DNA of 39,311 nt. Source: a virus (lineage: Duplodnaviria > Caudoviricetes). Below the pieces are notes generated by a model. The model made no database searches, was not told the origin of the DNA, and saw only the letters and a list, made by a program, of their open reading frames with translations. Shown here one piece after another: positions 1 through 7,639 of this stretch. Each line of letters begins with the position of its first letter. Within the stretch, counting starts at the first letter, position 1. The position numbers were made by a program, and so were the translations under genes. The stretch is from positions 1-39,311 of IMG/VR virus record IMGVR_UViG_3300042923_000153. One strand, 5' to 3'.

Positions 1-231
1 TTATATGATCTAATAAAACTTCCACCCCAAAAATTCTTTGCTTCGTACAATCCTTGGTAATGGTTTGCAAATTCACCTTCTGCAATGTCGTATTCAATCT
101 TTATATACTCTTTTTCTGGTACGTCAACCGCTGTAACAATCATCGCTGTATATCCACCTGGCGCCAGTTTTTTAAATTCCTGTTGGTCTGGTACGTTATT
201 CCAATTAATGTTTTTCATGTTGTTTATCCCC
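1..231. repeat. Terminal direct repeat, left copy (circular genome or assembly overlap)
   Basis: 1-231 equals 39081-39311 except t at 104 versus g at 39184; it cuts through the 175 aa ORF at 38771-39298. Confidence 0.97.
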
Positions 232-239
232 TTTATTTT

Positions 240-848
240 TTATTTTGTTAGTTCCCAATAATCTCTTATTGTTTCATCAACAAACTTTAAATCGTTATCG
301 ATCTCTTTCTCGAACATTTCCATTGGCGATTTTACAGTATCAGTGCCATCCGTTTGAGTAACAAAGCTATATTTACCGCTTTCAAACTTAGTCCTCAACA
401 CTATACTAAATAACCCCTCTACCGTTAACTGATCATCAAGCATTTTACCGACTGTCTTCGCCTTAGTTCCCAACTCTGTTTTCTGCGTATGATGCAGAAA
501 GTAAACTATACAATCGGCAGGAGTACCCCTAACAACAAAGTCAATCAACCCCTTGAAGTTCAATGCCATATCAGTAAACTTTCCATACCCTGTAACTTTT
601 GCTTTATCAAACATTTCAAACGCCATTAGATATTGACTATCGTCTATTACGTACCGCTTAAGATTGCCTTTTTCTAATGTTTTAATTATCAATCCATAAG
701 TAGCTCCATCTACCTTATTTAGTTTCTTTCTGAATGGTAAAGGCTTGCTTGCTACATTAAATATTCCTATCTCTCCTGCATCAAAATTTCTCATTGATGT
801 TGATTTCCCTGAACCTGATTCACCTAGAATCATTACTGGTATACCCAT
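240..848 (-). CDS. AAA-family ATPase, Sak4-like phage recombinase
   Basis: Walker A GESGSGKS, Walker B YVIDD; lies between Gp157-like and SSB-like genes; RBS GGAGG. Confidence 0.75.
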   Translation of the reverse strand: MGIPVMILGESGSGKSTSMRNFDAGEIGIFNVASKPLPFRKKLNKVDGATYGLIIKTLEKGNLKRYVIDDSQYLMAFEMFDKAKVTGYGKFTDMALNFKGLIDFVVRGTPADCIVYFLHHTQKTELGTKAKTVGKMLDDQLTVEGLFSIVLRTKFESGKYSFVTQTDGTDTVKSPMEMFEKEIDNDLKFVDETIRDYWELTK

Positions 849-861
849 GACGCTAACCTCC

Positions 862-1359
862 CTACTTAATAACCCAACGAAAACTATTACTTAACACGGC
901 TCCACGCACCTTAATATTAGCTTTCAAATCAGCAGCAATAGCCGTTTTGCTGATCGTGTATGTCGCAGGTACTTTAATTTTGTATTTACGCGGTATTTTG
1001 TTTTCGTCTAATATTGATACTGCTGGAGGATTGTTCTGTTTTTTGATAGTGGCAATTGTTGTTTTAATTTCCGTAAGTTTTGTACTTTCTAATTGACTGA
1101 ACAGATAATTTCCAATAGATGTTGCCTTGTTACTTATCGACAATTGCTTAGCTTGTAATCGTTTTATTTCTTCGCCCATACCTTTGCTATACACTTCTAA
1201 GTTTTTAAGCAACAATACGGTATTCTGAGCCTTTACTTCGATTGCACATTCGATCGACTCTAATGTATCTTTAATAACTTGAATATCTGTACTTTCATCT
1301 TCCAGCATAGCCATTACTTGATTGTAATTCCCTGTTAGCTCATACATTCGCATATCCAA
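862..1359 (-). CDS. Siphovirus Gp157-family (Mu Gam-like) protein
   Basis: MYELTGNY start, DTLESIE, coiled coil, NNPPAVSILDE..IP..Y..ISKTAI C-terminus. Confidence 0.8.
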   Translation of the reverse strand: MDMRMYELTGNYNQVMAMLEDESTDIQVIKDTLESIECAIEVKAQNTVLLLKNLEVYSKGMGEEIKRLQAKQLSISNKATSIGNYLFSQLESTKLTEIKTTIATIKKQNNPPAVSILDENKIPRKYKIKVPATYTISKTAIAADLKANIKVRGAVLSNSFRWVIK

Positions 1360-1519
1360 TAACCTCCAAATTAACTTTATTCCCTAACTCTAAATCATCA
1401 CCATACATCCTCTTAAGCTCCTTCTCAGCCTTATCCATGGCTATCTCACTAATCAGTGCATCAACCTCTATTGATATACCGACATCAACAAACATTACTT
1501 TGTAAATTCTAGCTTTCAT
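1340..1519 (-). CDS. Hypothetical protein (59 aa, MKARIYKVMF...)
   Basis: Hand-translated; fills the gap and overlaps both neighbours. Confidence 0.55.
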   Translation of the reverse strand: MKARIYKVMFVDVGISIEVDALISEIAMDKAEKELKRMYGDDLELGNKVNLEVIGYANV

Positions 1520-1734
1520 AGCTCACCATCTGCCTCCATCAGTTTATATTCCTCAACATGCCACTTCCCACAGAAAGTCTGCTCTTTATACGTCTCAACT
1601 TCCTGCCCATCTTCAATCAATACACCACACAATTCACACTCTGCAATGATCTCCAATGGTGGATCTTCTTGTATTGGTCTGCGTGTGTAGCGGAAGGGTT
1701 TTTCTTCGTATTGTTGTGTAATATCAGGTAACAT
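1516..1734 (-). CDS. Small zinc-finger protein
   Basis: CELC...FCGKWH. Confidence 0.6.
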   Translation of the reverse strand: MLPDITQQYEEKPFRYTRRPIQEDPPLEIIAECELCGVLIEDGQEVETYKEQTFCGKWHVEEYKLMEADGEL

Positions 1735-1915
1735 CTAATCGCCTCTTGCGATTCTTATTCCATTCAACTATCACGTTGTCAAAGATAAGCATTGTTTTTA
1801 TCATGTAATAAGCAGCATATATAAGTGTCACATTCTTTTTCTCTTCTCTTAAGCAGTACATCCAACGATCAGACATATAAACCGCTACTACACCTTTACT
1901 AAATGGATTAATCAT
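1724..1915 (-). CDS. Hypothetical protein
   Basis: RBS GAGGTGA upstream; operon position. Confidence 0.55.
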   Translation of the reverse strand: MINPFSKGVVAVYMSDRWMYCLREEKKNVTLIYAAYYMIKTMLIFDNVIVEWNKNRKRRLDVT

Positions 1916-1978
1916 GTTATAATCACCTCAGAATGTTTTAGTTTTGAGTCCTCCATTTGTCGATGGTGGACTTTTTGT
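1895..1978 (+). ncRNA. Putative antisense small RNA unit (promoter, hairpin, T-run)
   Basis: TTTACT-17-TATAAT with TG extension (1895-1923), then hairpin AGTCCTCCA-TTTGTCGA-TGGTGGACT-TTTT. Confidence 0.45.
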
Positions 1979-1980
1979 CA

Positions 1981-2109
1981 TTACAGGCATGATGCTGCCA
2001 GTAATACCAAGATTCCAACAAATGCAAATCCTATGAATACGTTCTCTGCACATTCTGCGTTTAACCGCTGCTGCCTAACTATTGATGATACTCTGTGTTG
2101 CTCTAGCAT
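1981..2109 (-). CDS. Small membrane peptide (42 aa)
   Basis: RBS AGGAGG; hydrophobic C-terminus VFIGFAFVGILVLLAASCL. Confidence 0.55.
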   Translation of the reverse strand: MLEQHRVSSIVRQQRLNAECAENVFIGFAFVGILVLLAASCL

Positions 2110-2121
2110 TTCACTACCTCC

Positions 2122-2304
2122 TTATTCCTCCAATGTTTTGATCCAACATTTATCACAAAGGCGATCTCCATCTGAATCCGACTTTTTCCAACCATCTTCT
2201 CTAAGGCATTCATATATTTTTATTCCAAATGACAAATCAGGGCAATCCTCGTTTGTTATAATCCCCATATCCTTAATACATTGCAATTTTTCTTGTTCTG
2301 TCAT
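2122..2304 (-). CDS. Hypothetical Cys-containing protein
   Basis: RBS AGGAGG; CDKC motif. Confidence 0.6.
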   Translation of the reverse strand: MTEQEKLQCIKDMGIITNEDCPDLSFGIKIYECLREDGWKKSDSDGDRLCDKCWIKTLEE

Positions 2305-2306
2305 GG

Positions 2307-2459
2307 CTACCTCCTTGAAGTCCTATATAACCGCCAGTCTCTAACCTCTTTGCATTGCGGTTTATCACATGTATTAATTTGACCACAGACCATAGCGCAT
2401 TTTTGGGGTTGTCCATCTTTAAGGCAGGATTGACATGGACAGTTGTTTTCATGGTGCAT
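2307..2459 (-). CDS. Cys-rich small protein (50 aa, MHHENNCPCQSC...)
   Basis: Hand-translated; RBS AGGAGG; 7 Cys. Confidence 0.55.
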   Translation of the reverse strand: MHHENNCPCQSCLKDGQPQKCAMVCGQINTCDKPQCKEVRDWRLYRTSRR

Positions 2460-2470
2460 TAGCTACCTCC

Positions 2471-3223
2471 TTAACATCCGTATTTAATCGTCATTTCCTT
2501 GATGATAGATGTATATCCCTCAATAAGCTTTTTATCTTCTGCAATCACATCAATAACGTTGAGTTTGTCCCTAGATGACTTGCAAATTCCTTCATCTGCC
2601 ATTCTTCTTCTCTTATTTGTTAAGCGAGTTTGCAAGCTTACTCCCATCCTGGAATCAAGTAACTTATAGCTTTCTGATCTTAATTCCCTTATTTGGGTTA
2701 TGTCGCCGATTTTATTAGCTATCTTGTTTAGTAACTTTTTAGTATCTTCTCGCCAACTAGTGGTATCTAATGAAATAACATCACGCATTCCTTGTAACTC
2801 TTCTGCTTGCTTGGTTTGTGTTGCTGCAATCTGTTTCAACTGCTGTTCTTGCTCTGCTGCTGCTTGTGCTATGGCTGCTATTATTTGTGTTTGTGTCATT
2901 TGTGGAGCTGAGTATGTGCCTGTTTTGCGAATTGCCGGAAGAATTTCATCTGCTACTACTGTTTGAAACTTTTCTGCTGTTTCGTTTTTGGCTTTCATTG
3001 CTAGTCTGTAGAAGATGTTTTCAGGAATAAAGTCTTCGCCACTTGTGGAGAAATTTAAATCAGCAAGATATTCGTTAACTCTTCCCCATCTAATATACTC
3101 AACACCGCTTTGTCTTGTTTCTGTAAACCCTAACCCTCTTGCTACGTCTGCTAGGTGCAATTGCGCTGTTCCATTTTCATCAATGAAACCTCTTACACCT
3201 GAGATTGTGATTAAGTTACTCAT
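2471..3223 (-). CDS. Phage antirepressor-like protein (BRO-N/Ant type)
   Basis: LADVARGLGF...YIRWGRV...FIPENIFYRLAMKAKNETAEKFQ..VADEILPAIRKTGTY is typical BRO-N/Ant. Confidence 0.85.
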   Translation of the reverse strand: MSNLITISGVRGFIDENGTAQLHLADVARGLGFTETRQSGVEYIRWGRVNEYLADLNFSTSGEDFIPENIFYRLAMKAKNETAEKFQTVVADEILPAIRKTGTYSAPQMTQTQIIAAIAQAAAEQEQQLKQIAATQTKQAEELQGMRDVISLDTTSWREDTKKLLNKIANKIGDITQIRELRSESYKLLDSRMGVSLQTRLTNKRRRMADEGICKSSRDKLNVIDVIAEDKKLIEGYTSIIKEMTIKYGC

Positions 3224-3225
3224 TT

Positions 3226-3387
3226 TTAAGTCTCCTTTTTAATTGATTTGATATATTCGCTTACGGCTAATGAAATAACCGCATTCTCTGATATCCCTAA
3301 CTCATTAGCTGTGTTCTCTACGTCCTTCTTTAAATTATCAACAAGCCTTAAAGAAACAGTTATCATTTTTGGTTTTGCTCTTTTCAA
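3226..3387 (-). CDS. Arc-like ribbon-helix-helix regulator (53 aa; Cro analogue), absent from ORF track
   Basis: MKRAKPKMITVSLRLVDNLKKDVENTANELGISENAVISLAVSEYIKSIKKET: beta ribbon VSLRL, helix, GIS turn, helix; RBS GGAAGTGA. Confidence 0.8.
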   Translation of the reverse strand: MKRAKPKMITVSLRLVDNLKKDVENTANELGISENAVISLAVSEYIKSIKKET

Positions 3388-3413
3388 GTAATCACTTCCT
3401 TTATTTAATTTGG

Positions 3414-3485
3414 TATGAATTTGGGATTAACTTCATTATATACCTATATAAATAAGAAGTCAATATGAATTTGGGATTAAATTCA
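3414..3485. promoter_or_regulatory. Leftward sigma-A promoter bracketed by two operator repeats
   Basis: Minus-strand TTGACT(3463-3458)-17-TATAAT(3440-3435); TATGAATTTGGGATTAA at 3414-3430 and 3464-3480, each extending to (C/A)TTCA. Confidence 0.8.
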
Positions 3486-3542
3486 GAAATATTTATATTT
3501 GTTTGTAAATTACATTTTTGTATTTTTTTATAATATTTACTA

Positions 3543-3574
3543 TTGCTTAATATTTATTGTTATGATATTATAAT
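3543..3574 (+). promoter_or_regulatory. Rightward promoter for the RHH repressor
   Basis: TTGCTT-17-TATTAT with TG extension; overlapping TATAAT at 3569-3574. Confidence 0.55.
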
Positions 3575-3606
3575 GACATCAACTTGATATTAGGAGTGTG
3601 TTTATT

Positions 3607-3861
3607 GTGCCAAGAAATAAAAGAGTAGCAAAAGAATTGAAAACTTATAATTTGAGGATTACGCCTACCGATTATGAGATCATACAGCAACAAGCAGCAG
3701 CAAACGGCATACCAATGAATACACTGTTGCAAAAGATCATTGCAGACTTCACAAATAGCGAGGAAGTTACACCTAAAGAACAGAAGGTTTTAGACGAAAT
3801 AAAAAGCCTCCCGCTTAAAAAGCGAAAGGCTATCATAAAAGAATTAACGGCTGACAATTAA
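3607..3861 (+). CDS. Mnt/Arc-like RHH repressor (probable immunity repressor)
   Basis: KTYNLRITPTDYEIIQQQAAANGIPMNTLLQKII RHH pattern; divergent from the lytic operon; GTG 3607 after AGGAG. Confidence 0.75.
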   Translation: MPRNKRVAKELKTYNLRITPTDYEIIQQQAAANGIPMNTLLQKIIADFTNSEEVTPKEQKVLDEIKSLPLKKRKAIIKELTADN

Positions 3862-4023
3862 TATGCATTCAAACAACTTATTTACTTCAAACTCATTTAG
3901 CGAATCAATATCAATCTTACAATTTCGTAATTCTTTCAGTAATAAGATCAACTTTGGGTTGTTTTTCGAAACTTCCAAGTTGATCTTGTTTTTTTCTATG
4001 CTCTCTCGTTCGTACAATTTCAT
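3844..4023 (-). CDS. Small LexA-regulated protein (59 aa), candidate antirepressor
   Basis: ATG 4023 follows AGGATGGTG; SOS box and extended -10 directly upstream; convergent with and overlapping the repressor 3' end. Confidence 0.55.
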   Translation of the reverse strand: MKLYERESIEKNKINLEVSKNNPKLILLLKELRNCKIDIDSLNEFEVNKLFECILIVSR

Positions 4024-4054
4024 CAAGTTACAACACCATCCTATGCTTATTCGT

Positions 4055-4081
4055 CGAACAAACGTTTGGTTTATTGTATCA
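4055..4081 (-). promoter_or_regulatory. Gram-positive LexA (Cheo) box plus extended -10 promoter
   Basis: CGAACAAACGTTTG (4055-4068) fits CGAACRNRYGTTYG; TGATACAAT on minus strand at 4081-4073. Confidence 0.7.
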
Positions 4082-4153
4082 TATAACAAATATTATTGCA
4101 TCTAAAAATCCGATCAACTAACTAAAATTCAATGGAAGATACCTCCGCTCTGT

Positions 4154-4183
4154 GCTACCCATAATTCTTATATTATGCAAACT
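4154..4183. other. Xer dif/cer-like recombination site candidate
   Basis: GCTACCCATAA-TTCTTATA-TTATGCAAACT; right arm is 10/11 identical to the B. subtilis dif arm TTATGTAAACT; 8 bp centre as in cer. Confidence 0.45.
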
Positions 4184-4306
4184 AGATATGAATTCCTGTA
4201 ATTCCATTTGAATACTTTTCAACAAATTCCGACAATTCAGGAGGGTTAAATATTATACATGATAAATGTGAAAAAAGTATGAAAGCTGGTAAAAAAAGAA
4301 GACGGA

Positions 4307-4705
4307 TTATTTACCGCCTTTTAATAATGTTTGCCTAGCTATAATTACAACGTTGTATAATTCTGGTCTATGTACTTTATCATATTTACTATCAATTTCT
4401 ATATTAGATATTAGTTTTAGCGCACTATACATTTCAAACTCTTTTTTGCCGAGTTCAACTAGTTCAGCAACCTTCGCTCTCTCTGCTTCTAATTCTGCTT
4501 CTATTCCTTCAACTACACCATCAACGTATTTGCAACCTGCTGTTTCTACTGAACACTCTCGACATTCTAACGCTGTAACCTTCGCACTCTCTGATCGTAG
4601 TGCTTGGAGTAACCAGTTAGCATCAGCGTAAATATCTTCACACGCACCGCTTTTATTTGCACGTTCCAGAGTATTAATTATCTCAGCCAATCTTTCATCT
4701 GTCAA
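4307..4705 (-). CDS. Hypothetical coiled-coil phage protein
   Basis: RBS AGGAG; internal SAKV/RAKV repeat. Confidence 0.65.
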   Translation of the reverse strand: MTDERLAEIINTLERANKSGACEDIYADANWLLQALRSESAKVTALECRECSVETAGCKYVDGVVEGIEAELEAERAKVAELVELGKKEFEMYSALKLISNIEIDSKYDKVHRPELYNVVIIARQTLLKGGK

Positions 4706-4977
4706 AGCATAGTCAACTCCTTTATTTTATTGCGTAATATTTTACACTCTTTTCTCAAAGATTGTCTTGATTCATAAGCTATTATTAATCTTCTCTCTAA
4801 TTCAACAGAACAATTAATTTCGCTTTTTAGTTGATATCTTAACTCTTTAATAAGTTCATCTTTTTTTATACTAAGAAAATCCGCAAATCTTTCCTTTGAT
4901 CGTTCTGACAAAGGTTCTGAATTTAAATTTTCATAATTATTTTCAAAGTCAACAGCAGTTAATTGTAATTCAATCAT
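4702..4977 (-). CDS. Hypothetical coiled-coil protein
   Basis: Overlapping start/stop coupling; RBS GGAGG. Confidence 0.65.
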   Translation of the reverse strand: MIELQLTAVDFENNYENLNSEPLSERSKERFADFLSIKKDELIKELRYQLKSEINCSVELERRLIIAYESRQSLRKECKILRNKIKELTML

Positions 4978-5315
4978 TTACTCGCCTCCAGTGCTTCTAT
5001 AGCTAAATCTCCAGACTCTTCATTTCTTGGATCAGCATACCATTCCAACGCCTCACGCAGCACTCGCTCCCTGCGCTCCGATTCTAAGCATTTTTCGCAC
5101 CAAACGTCACGCTCTTTTATTACTTCGCGCTCCTTTGCATCTATTTTTATAATCTCATCATCCCATTTTGCCAAATGATATTGAAATTTTTCTTCTAACA
5201 CTCGCTCCCTGTGCTGGGATTGCTGTAATTGCTCTCGTAATTCTCCAACAATGCTGCCGATTACAATTGCTTCTTCATAATCTACATACTTTAAAACTTT
5301 TTCTAGTTTATCCAT
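4974..5315 (-). CDS. Hypothetical coiled-coil protein (Ea22-like C-terminus)
   Basis: RERVL repeats; LREALEWYAD. Confidence 0.65.
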   Translation of the reverse strand: MDKLEKVLKYVDYEEAIVIGSIVGELREQLQQSQHRERVLEEKFQYHLAKWDDEIIKIDAKEREVIKERDVWCEKCLESERRERVLREALEWYADPRNEESGDLAIEALEASK

Positions 5316-5654
5316 CTACTCCACCACCTCAATTTTATCTAGTTCAGCTTTAAGTTTGCATTCTTCTGCATGTCCAATAAACCAAGCTGTTTCTTTCTTC
5401 GTATCCGCCTTAATAGTAAGAACGTTACCACAAACAGGACAATGTGTTTGTTCATAGTGAGGGTTTTTAATGTCGCAACCTCTTCCCTCAATATCTTTCA
5501 ACAGTTCCCTCAACGCCTGCAGATCTGCTTTTAGCTGGGTGTTTTCTTGCTGTATATTTTCGCCTTTCGTTTTACCGCAATCCATGCAAATAGCTTCATA
5601 TGAGTTAATTTCGTATTGATGTTTACAATTCATTTTATACTCCACACCTTCCAT
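5316..5654 (-). CDS. Hypothetical zinc-binding protein
   Basis: CKH..CMDCG and CPVCG..H...C motifs. Confidence 0.65.
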   Translation of the reverse strand: MEGVEYKMNCKHQYEINSYEAICMDCGKTKGENIQQENTQLKADLQALRELLKDIEGRGCDIKNPHYEQTHCPVCGNVLTIKADTKKETAWFIGHAEECKLKAELDKIEVVE

Positions 5655-5660
5655 GTTTAA

Positions 5661-5837
5661 TCAATGCCACACGCTTAATACATCAACTATGTTTTTTACT
5701 TCACTAACTTCTATTATGTCAAGTTCTTCTCTAGTTTCTATAAATTCTCTAATACTTCCATCTCGTTCAAGTTCAATAATTGCAATTTCTTCAACTACAC
5801 GAATTATTCTAGCTTTAACCTTCCTAGGTTGTTCCAT
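5661..5837 (-). CDS. Hypothetical protein (58 aa, MEQPRKVKAR...)
   Basis: Hand-translated; G-rich RBS upstream. Confidence 0.55.
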   Translation of the reverse strand: MEQPRKVKARIIRVVEEIAIIELERDGSIREFIETREELDIIEVSEVKNIVDVLSVWH

Positions 5838-5867
5838 TTCCCCATCCCCCTCAATTAAGATACATTC

Positions 5868-6062
5868 CTACGCATTATCAAAATCCGTATCTCTCAACCC
5901 TTCTGTAAGCTCTAGATACTCTTCTTTTGTAAAATCTAATACATCGTTAGGCATTGCTTCTTTCATTGCGTCAGAGTTAATCTTTAGTATTGTACATGCT
6001 TTATTGAATAGGTTGTTTTCTACTAGTTCATCGACTGTGAATGTGATGTATACGTCTTTCAT
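5868..6062 (-). CDS. Small acidic hypothetical protein
   Basis: RBS lies in the 25 bp junction repeat. Confidence 0.65.
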   Translation of the reverse strand: MKDVYITFTVDELVENNLFNKACTILKINSDAMKEAMPNDVLDFTKEEYLELTEGLRDTDFDNA

Positions 6063-6383
6063 AATGTTAATCCTCCCTATTCTTCTTCAAAATATTCTTT
6101 CCATTCATCACCGAAACACTCTTTATAGTCGATTAAATCTTCGCCGTTATATTCAATCAACTCATTTAATTCTACTGCTATGTAATCTGACTTTAATGTG
6201 ACTTCTAATCCATCGTCTTCAAGTAAAGAACTTCCTGTAATATCAACAAATTCTTGCAAATCACTAAATAACACAACAACCCATCCAATAATGCTGCTAT
6301 TAGTGTCTCTATACAAATGACACTCATTATTCATTAGAAAGTGATATAGTTTCTTAATTTTCATAATGTTAATCCTCCCTATT
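6057..6383. repeat. 25 bp direct repeat at gene junctions (6057-6081 and 6359-6383)
   Basis: TTTCATAATGTTAATCCTCCCTATT occurs twice; on the minus strand it holds the RBS and ATG AAA. Confidence 0.9.
6077..6364 (-). CDS. Highly acidic small protein
   Basis: D/E-rich C-terminal half; flanked by the junction repeats. Confidence 0.65.
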   Translation of the reverse strand: MKIKKLYHFLMNNECHLYRDTNSSIIGWVVVLFSDLQEFVDITGSSLLEDDGLEVTLKSDYIAVELNELIEYNGEDLIDYKECFGDEWKEYFEEE

Positions 6384-6539
6384 TGGTTTAATCTTCATTA
6401 ACTCAAAACAATCAGATGTTGATCTTGAATCTTTCTTTGTTATAATTAATTTTTCTTTTGATACGCGATTGTTTAACATGACAACTTTATTCTCCCAATC
6501 AATTTCTATTGTGTATGGAACAGACCTGTATCCTACCAT
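6369..6539 (-). CDS. Hypothetical protein (56 aa, MVGYRSVPY...)
   Basis: Hand-translated; RBS GAGG. Confidence 0.5.
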   Translation of the reverse strand: MVGYRSVPYTIEIDWENKVVMLNNRVSKEKLIITKKDSRSTSDCFELMKIKPNRED

Positions 6540-6572
6540 TTACTTTCCTCATTATTCTGACTGTTTGGCTGG

Positions 6573-6764
6573 TTAATCCATTAATTCACCAACTGTAATA
6601 GGTTTACCGCATTTTGGACATAAATTTAAGTTATTATCTTTGTAAATATGTTTTAAAAATTTCTCGTTTTTTGATATTACACGCTTTTCACCACAATTAC
6701 TTTCAAACAACCACTTATTATCATCAATAAATTCCATACAAAACCATTTGCAATATTTAGTCAT
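6573..6764 (-). CDS. Zinc-ribbon protein (probable start MTKYCKW)
   Basis: RBS AAGGAGG upstream of 6764; NCG...CPKCG. Confidence 0.6.
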   Translation of the reverse strand: MTKYCKWFCMEFIDDNKWLFESNCGEKRVISKNEKFLKHIYKDNNLNLCPKCGKPITVGELMD

Positions 6765-6978
6765 TTTCATCCTCCTTATTTTTACTGTTTGGCTGGTGGT
6801 TATGTGCTTTGCATATTTCTGTAAAGTTAGCCATGTATTCATTAAATTCTTCTTCATCGGAATACTCAATTCTAGCTATTGGATTATATTCATAACCGTT
6901 GATAGTATCTTGTAAGTCAGTACATATTACCAACTCACCTTGTTCATCGTCGAATATTACCCATGTTTTATCATTCAT
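6757..6978 (-). CDS. Small acidic hypothetical protein
   Basis: RBS AGGAG; translationally coupled. Confidence 0.65.
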   Translation of the reverse strand: MNDKTWVIFDDEQGELVICTDLQDTINGYEYNPIARIEYSDEEEFNEYMANFTEICKAHNHQPNSKNKEDEND

Positions 6979-7316
6979 TGTTTATCATTCTCCTTTTTAT
7001 TGATTGGCTGGTGGGCGGTTAATCTTTTAGAAACTTTACTTTTATATTCTTGTCTAAATGCCCAAACCTCAACACTTCTTTTCTCTGTGGGATTATAATC
7101 AAACCACCATCCTACAACTGGTTCATTATCTTCGTTGATTCCCGCTCTCCATTTTACGTGTGACTTTTCAATTATGTATGGATTATCGCTCCAACTATAT
7201 TCATCTTTATAAATTTCAATAGCTTGCTGCTCTGTGTATTTGCCAGCGTTTACAGCGAAAACATGATAACCACCATTAAAACTTTCATAATCAAATTTAC
7301 TTTTACTAGCGTCCAT
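6975..7316 (-). CDS. Hypothetical phage protein
   Basis: RBS AGGAG; FDY..F.GGY..FAV.A.KYT..QAIE pattern. Confidence 0.7.
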   Translation of the reverse strand: MDASKSKFDYESFNGGYHVFAVNAGKYTEQQAIEIYKDEYSWSDNPYIIEKSHVKWRAGINEDNEPVVGWWFDYNPTEKRSVEVWAFRQEYKSKVSKRLTAHQPINKKENDKQ

Positions 7317-7504
7317 TATTTTTCATTCTCCTTTACAAATTTTTCTACTTGTTGCCGCAACCATTCGGATGGTTTAATCCCTTTTTGTAAGCACTTAATT
7401 TTAAACTGTTTTCGTAATGACTCTTTAGCTATAAATTGAATGTGTATATTATAATCTTCTTCATGATCACAGTCGGTTTCACCGCAAATATCGCATTCAA
7501 ACAT
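7316..7504 (-). CDS. RHH (ParG/CopG-like) regulator with N-terminal CxxC; probable start 7504
   Basis: AAGGAG RBS before ATG 7504; IHIQFIAKESLRKQFKIKCLQKGIKPSEWLRQQVEKFV is RHH-like. Confidence 0.65.
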   Translation of the reverse strand: MFECDICGETDCDHEEDYNIHIQFIAKESLRKQFKIKCLQKGIKPSEWLRQQVEKFVKENEK

Positions 7505-7537
7505 TAAACCACTCCTTTTAATATTCCTTATATTTAC

Positions 7538-7566
7538 ATTATAACTCATGATGTCATGATTGTCAA
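7538..7566 (-). promoter_or_regulatory. Perfect sigma-A consensus promoter with operator in the spacer
   Basis: TTGACA-17-TATAAT; spacer contains TCATGA-CA-TCATGA. Confidence 0.85.
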
Positions 7567-7639
7567 TATAAATAACACCATCAATAGTACTATAATTATC
7601 ACCGACACTAGTGTTAGTTTTAACAAAAAGAGACACCAT

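Larger units (their letters stand above)
6560..7014. repeat. Junction motif TG(T/A)TTGGCTGGT at three successive gene ends
   Basis: Copies at 6560-6573, 6784-6799 and 7001-7014. Confidence 0.75.

Noticed and set aside
1-231. Biological T7-like direct terminal repeat
   Set aside because: It splits a gene far from the terminase region, and a PBSX-type terminase suggests headful packaging; assembly overlap is more likely
5653-6201. 182 aa plus-strand ORF and the many other plus-strand ORFs in the track
   Set aside because: Antisense shadows of minus-strand genes, Ser-rich, without RBSs
6057-7014. CRISPR mini-array or integron attC reading of the junction repeats
   Set aside because: Spacing is gene-sized, repeats are not palindromic, and no cas or integron integrase is present
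7505-7639. N-terminal extension of the 107 aa ORF
   Set aside because: Region holds a consensus promoter and hexamer repeats; the RBS supports ATG 7504
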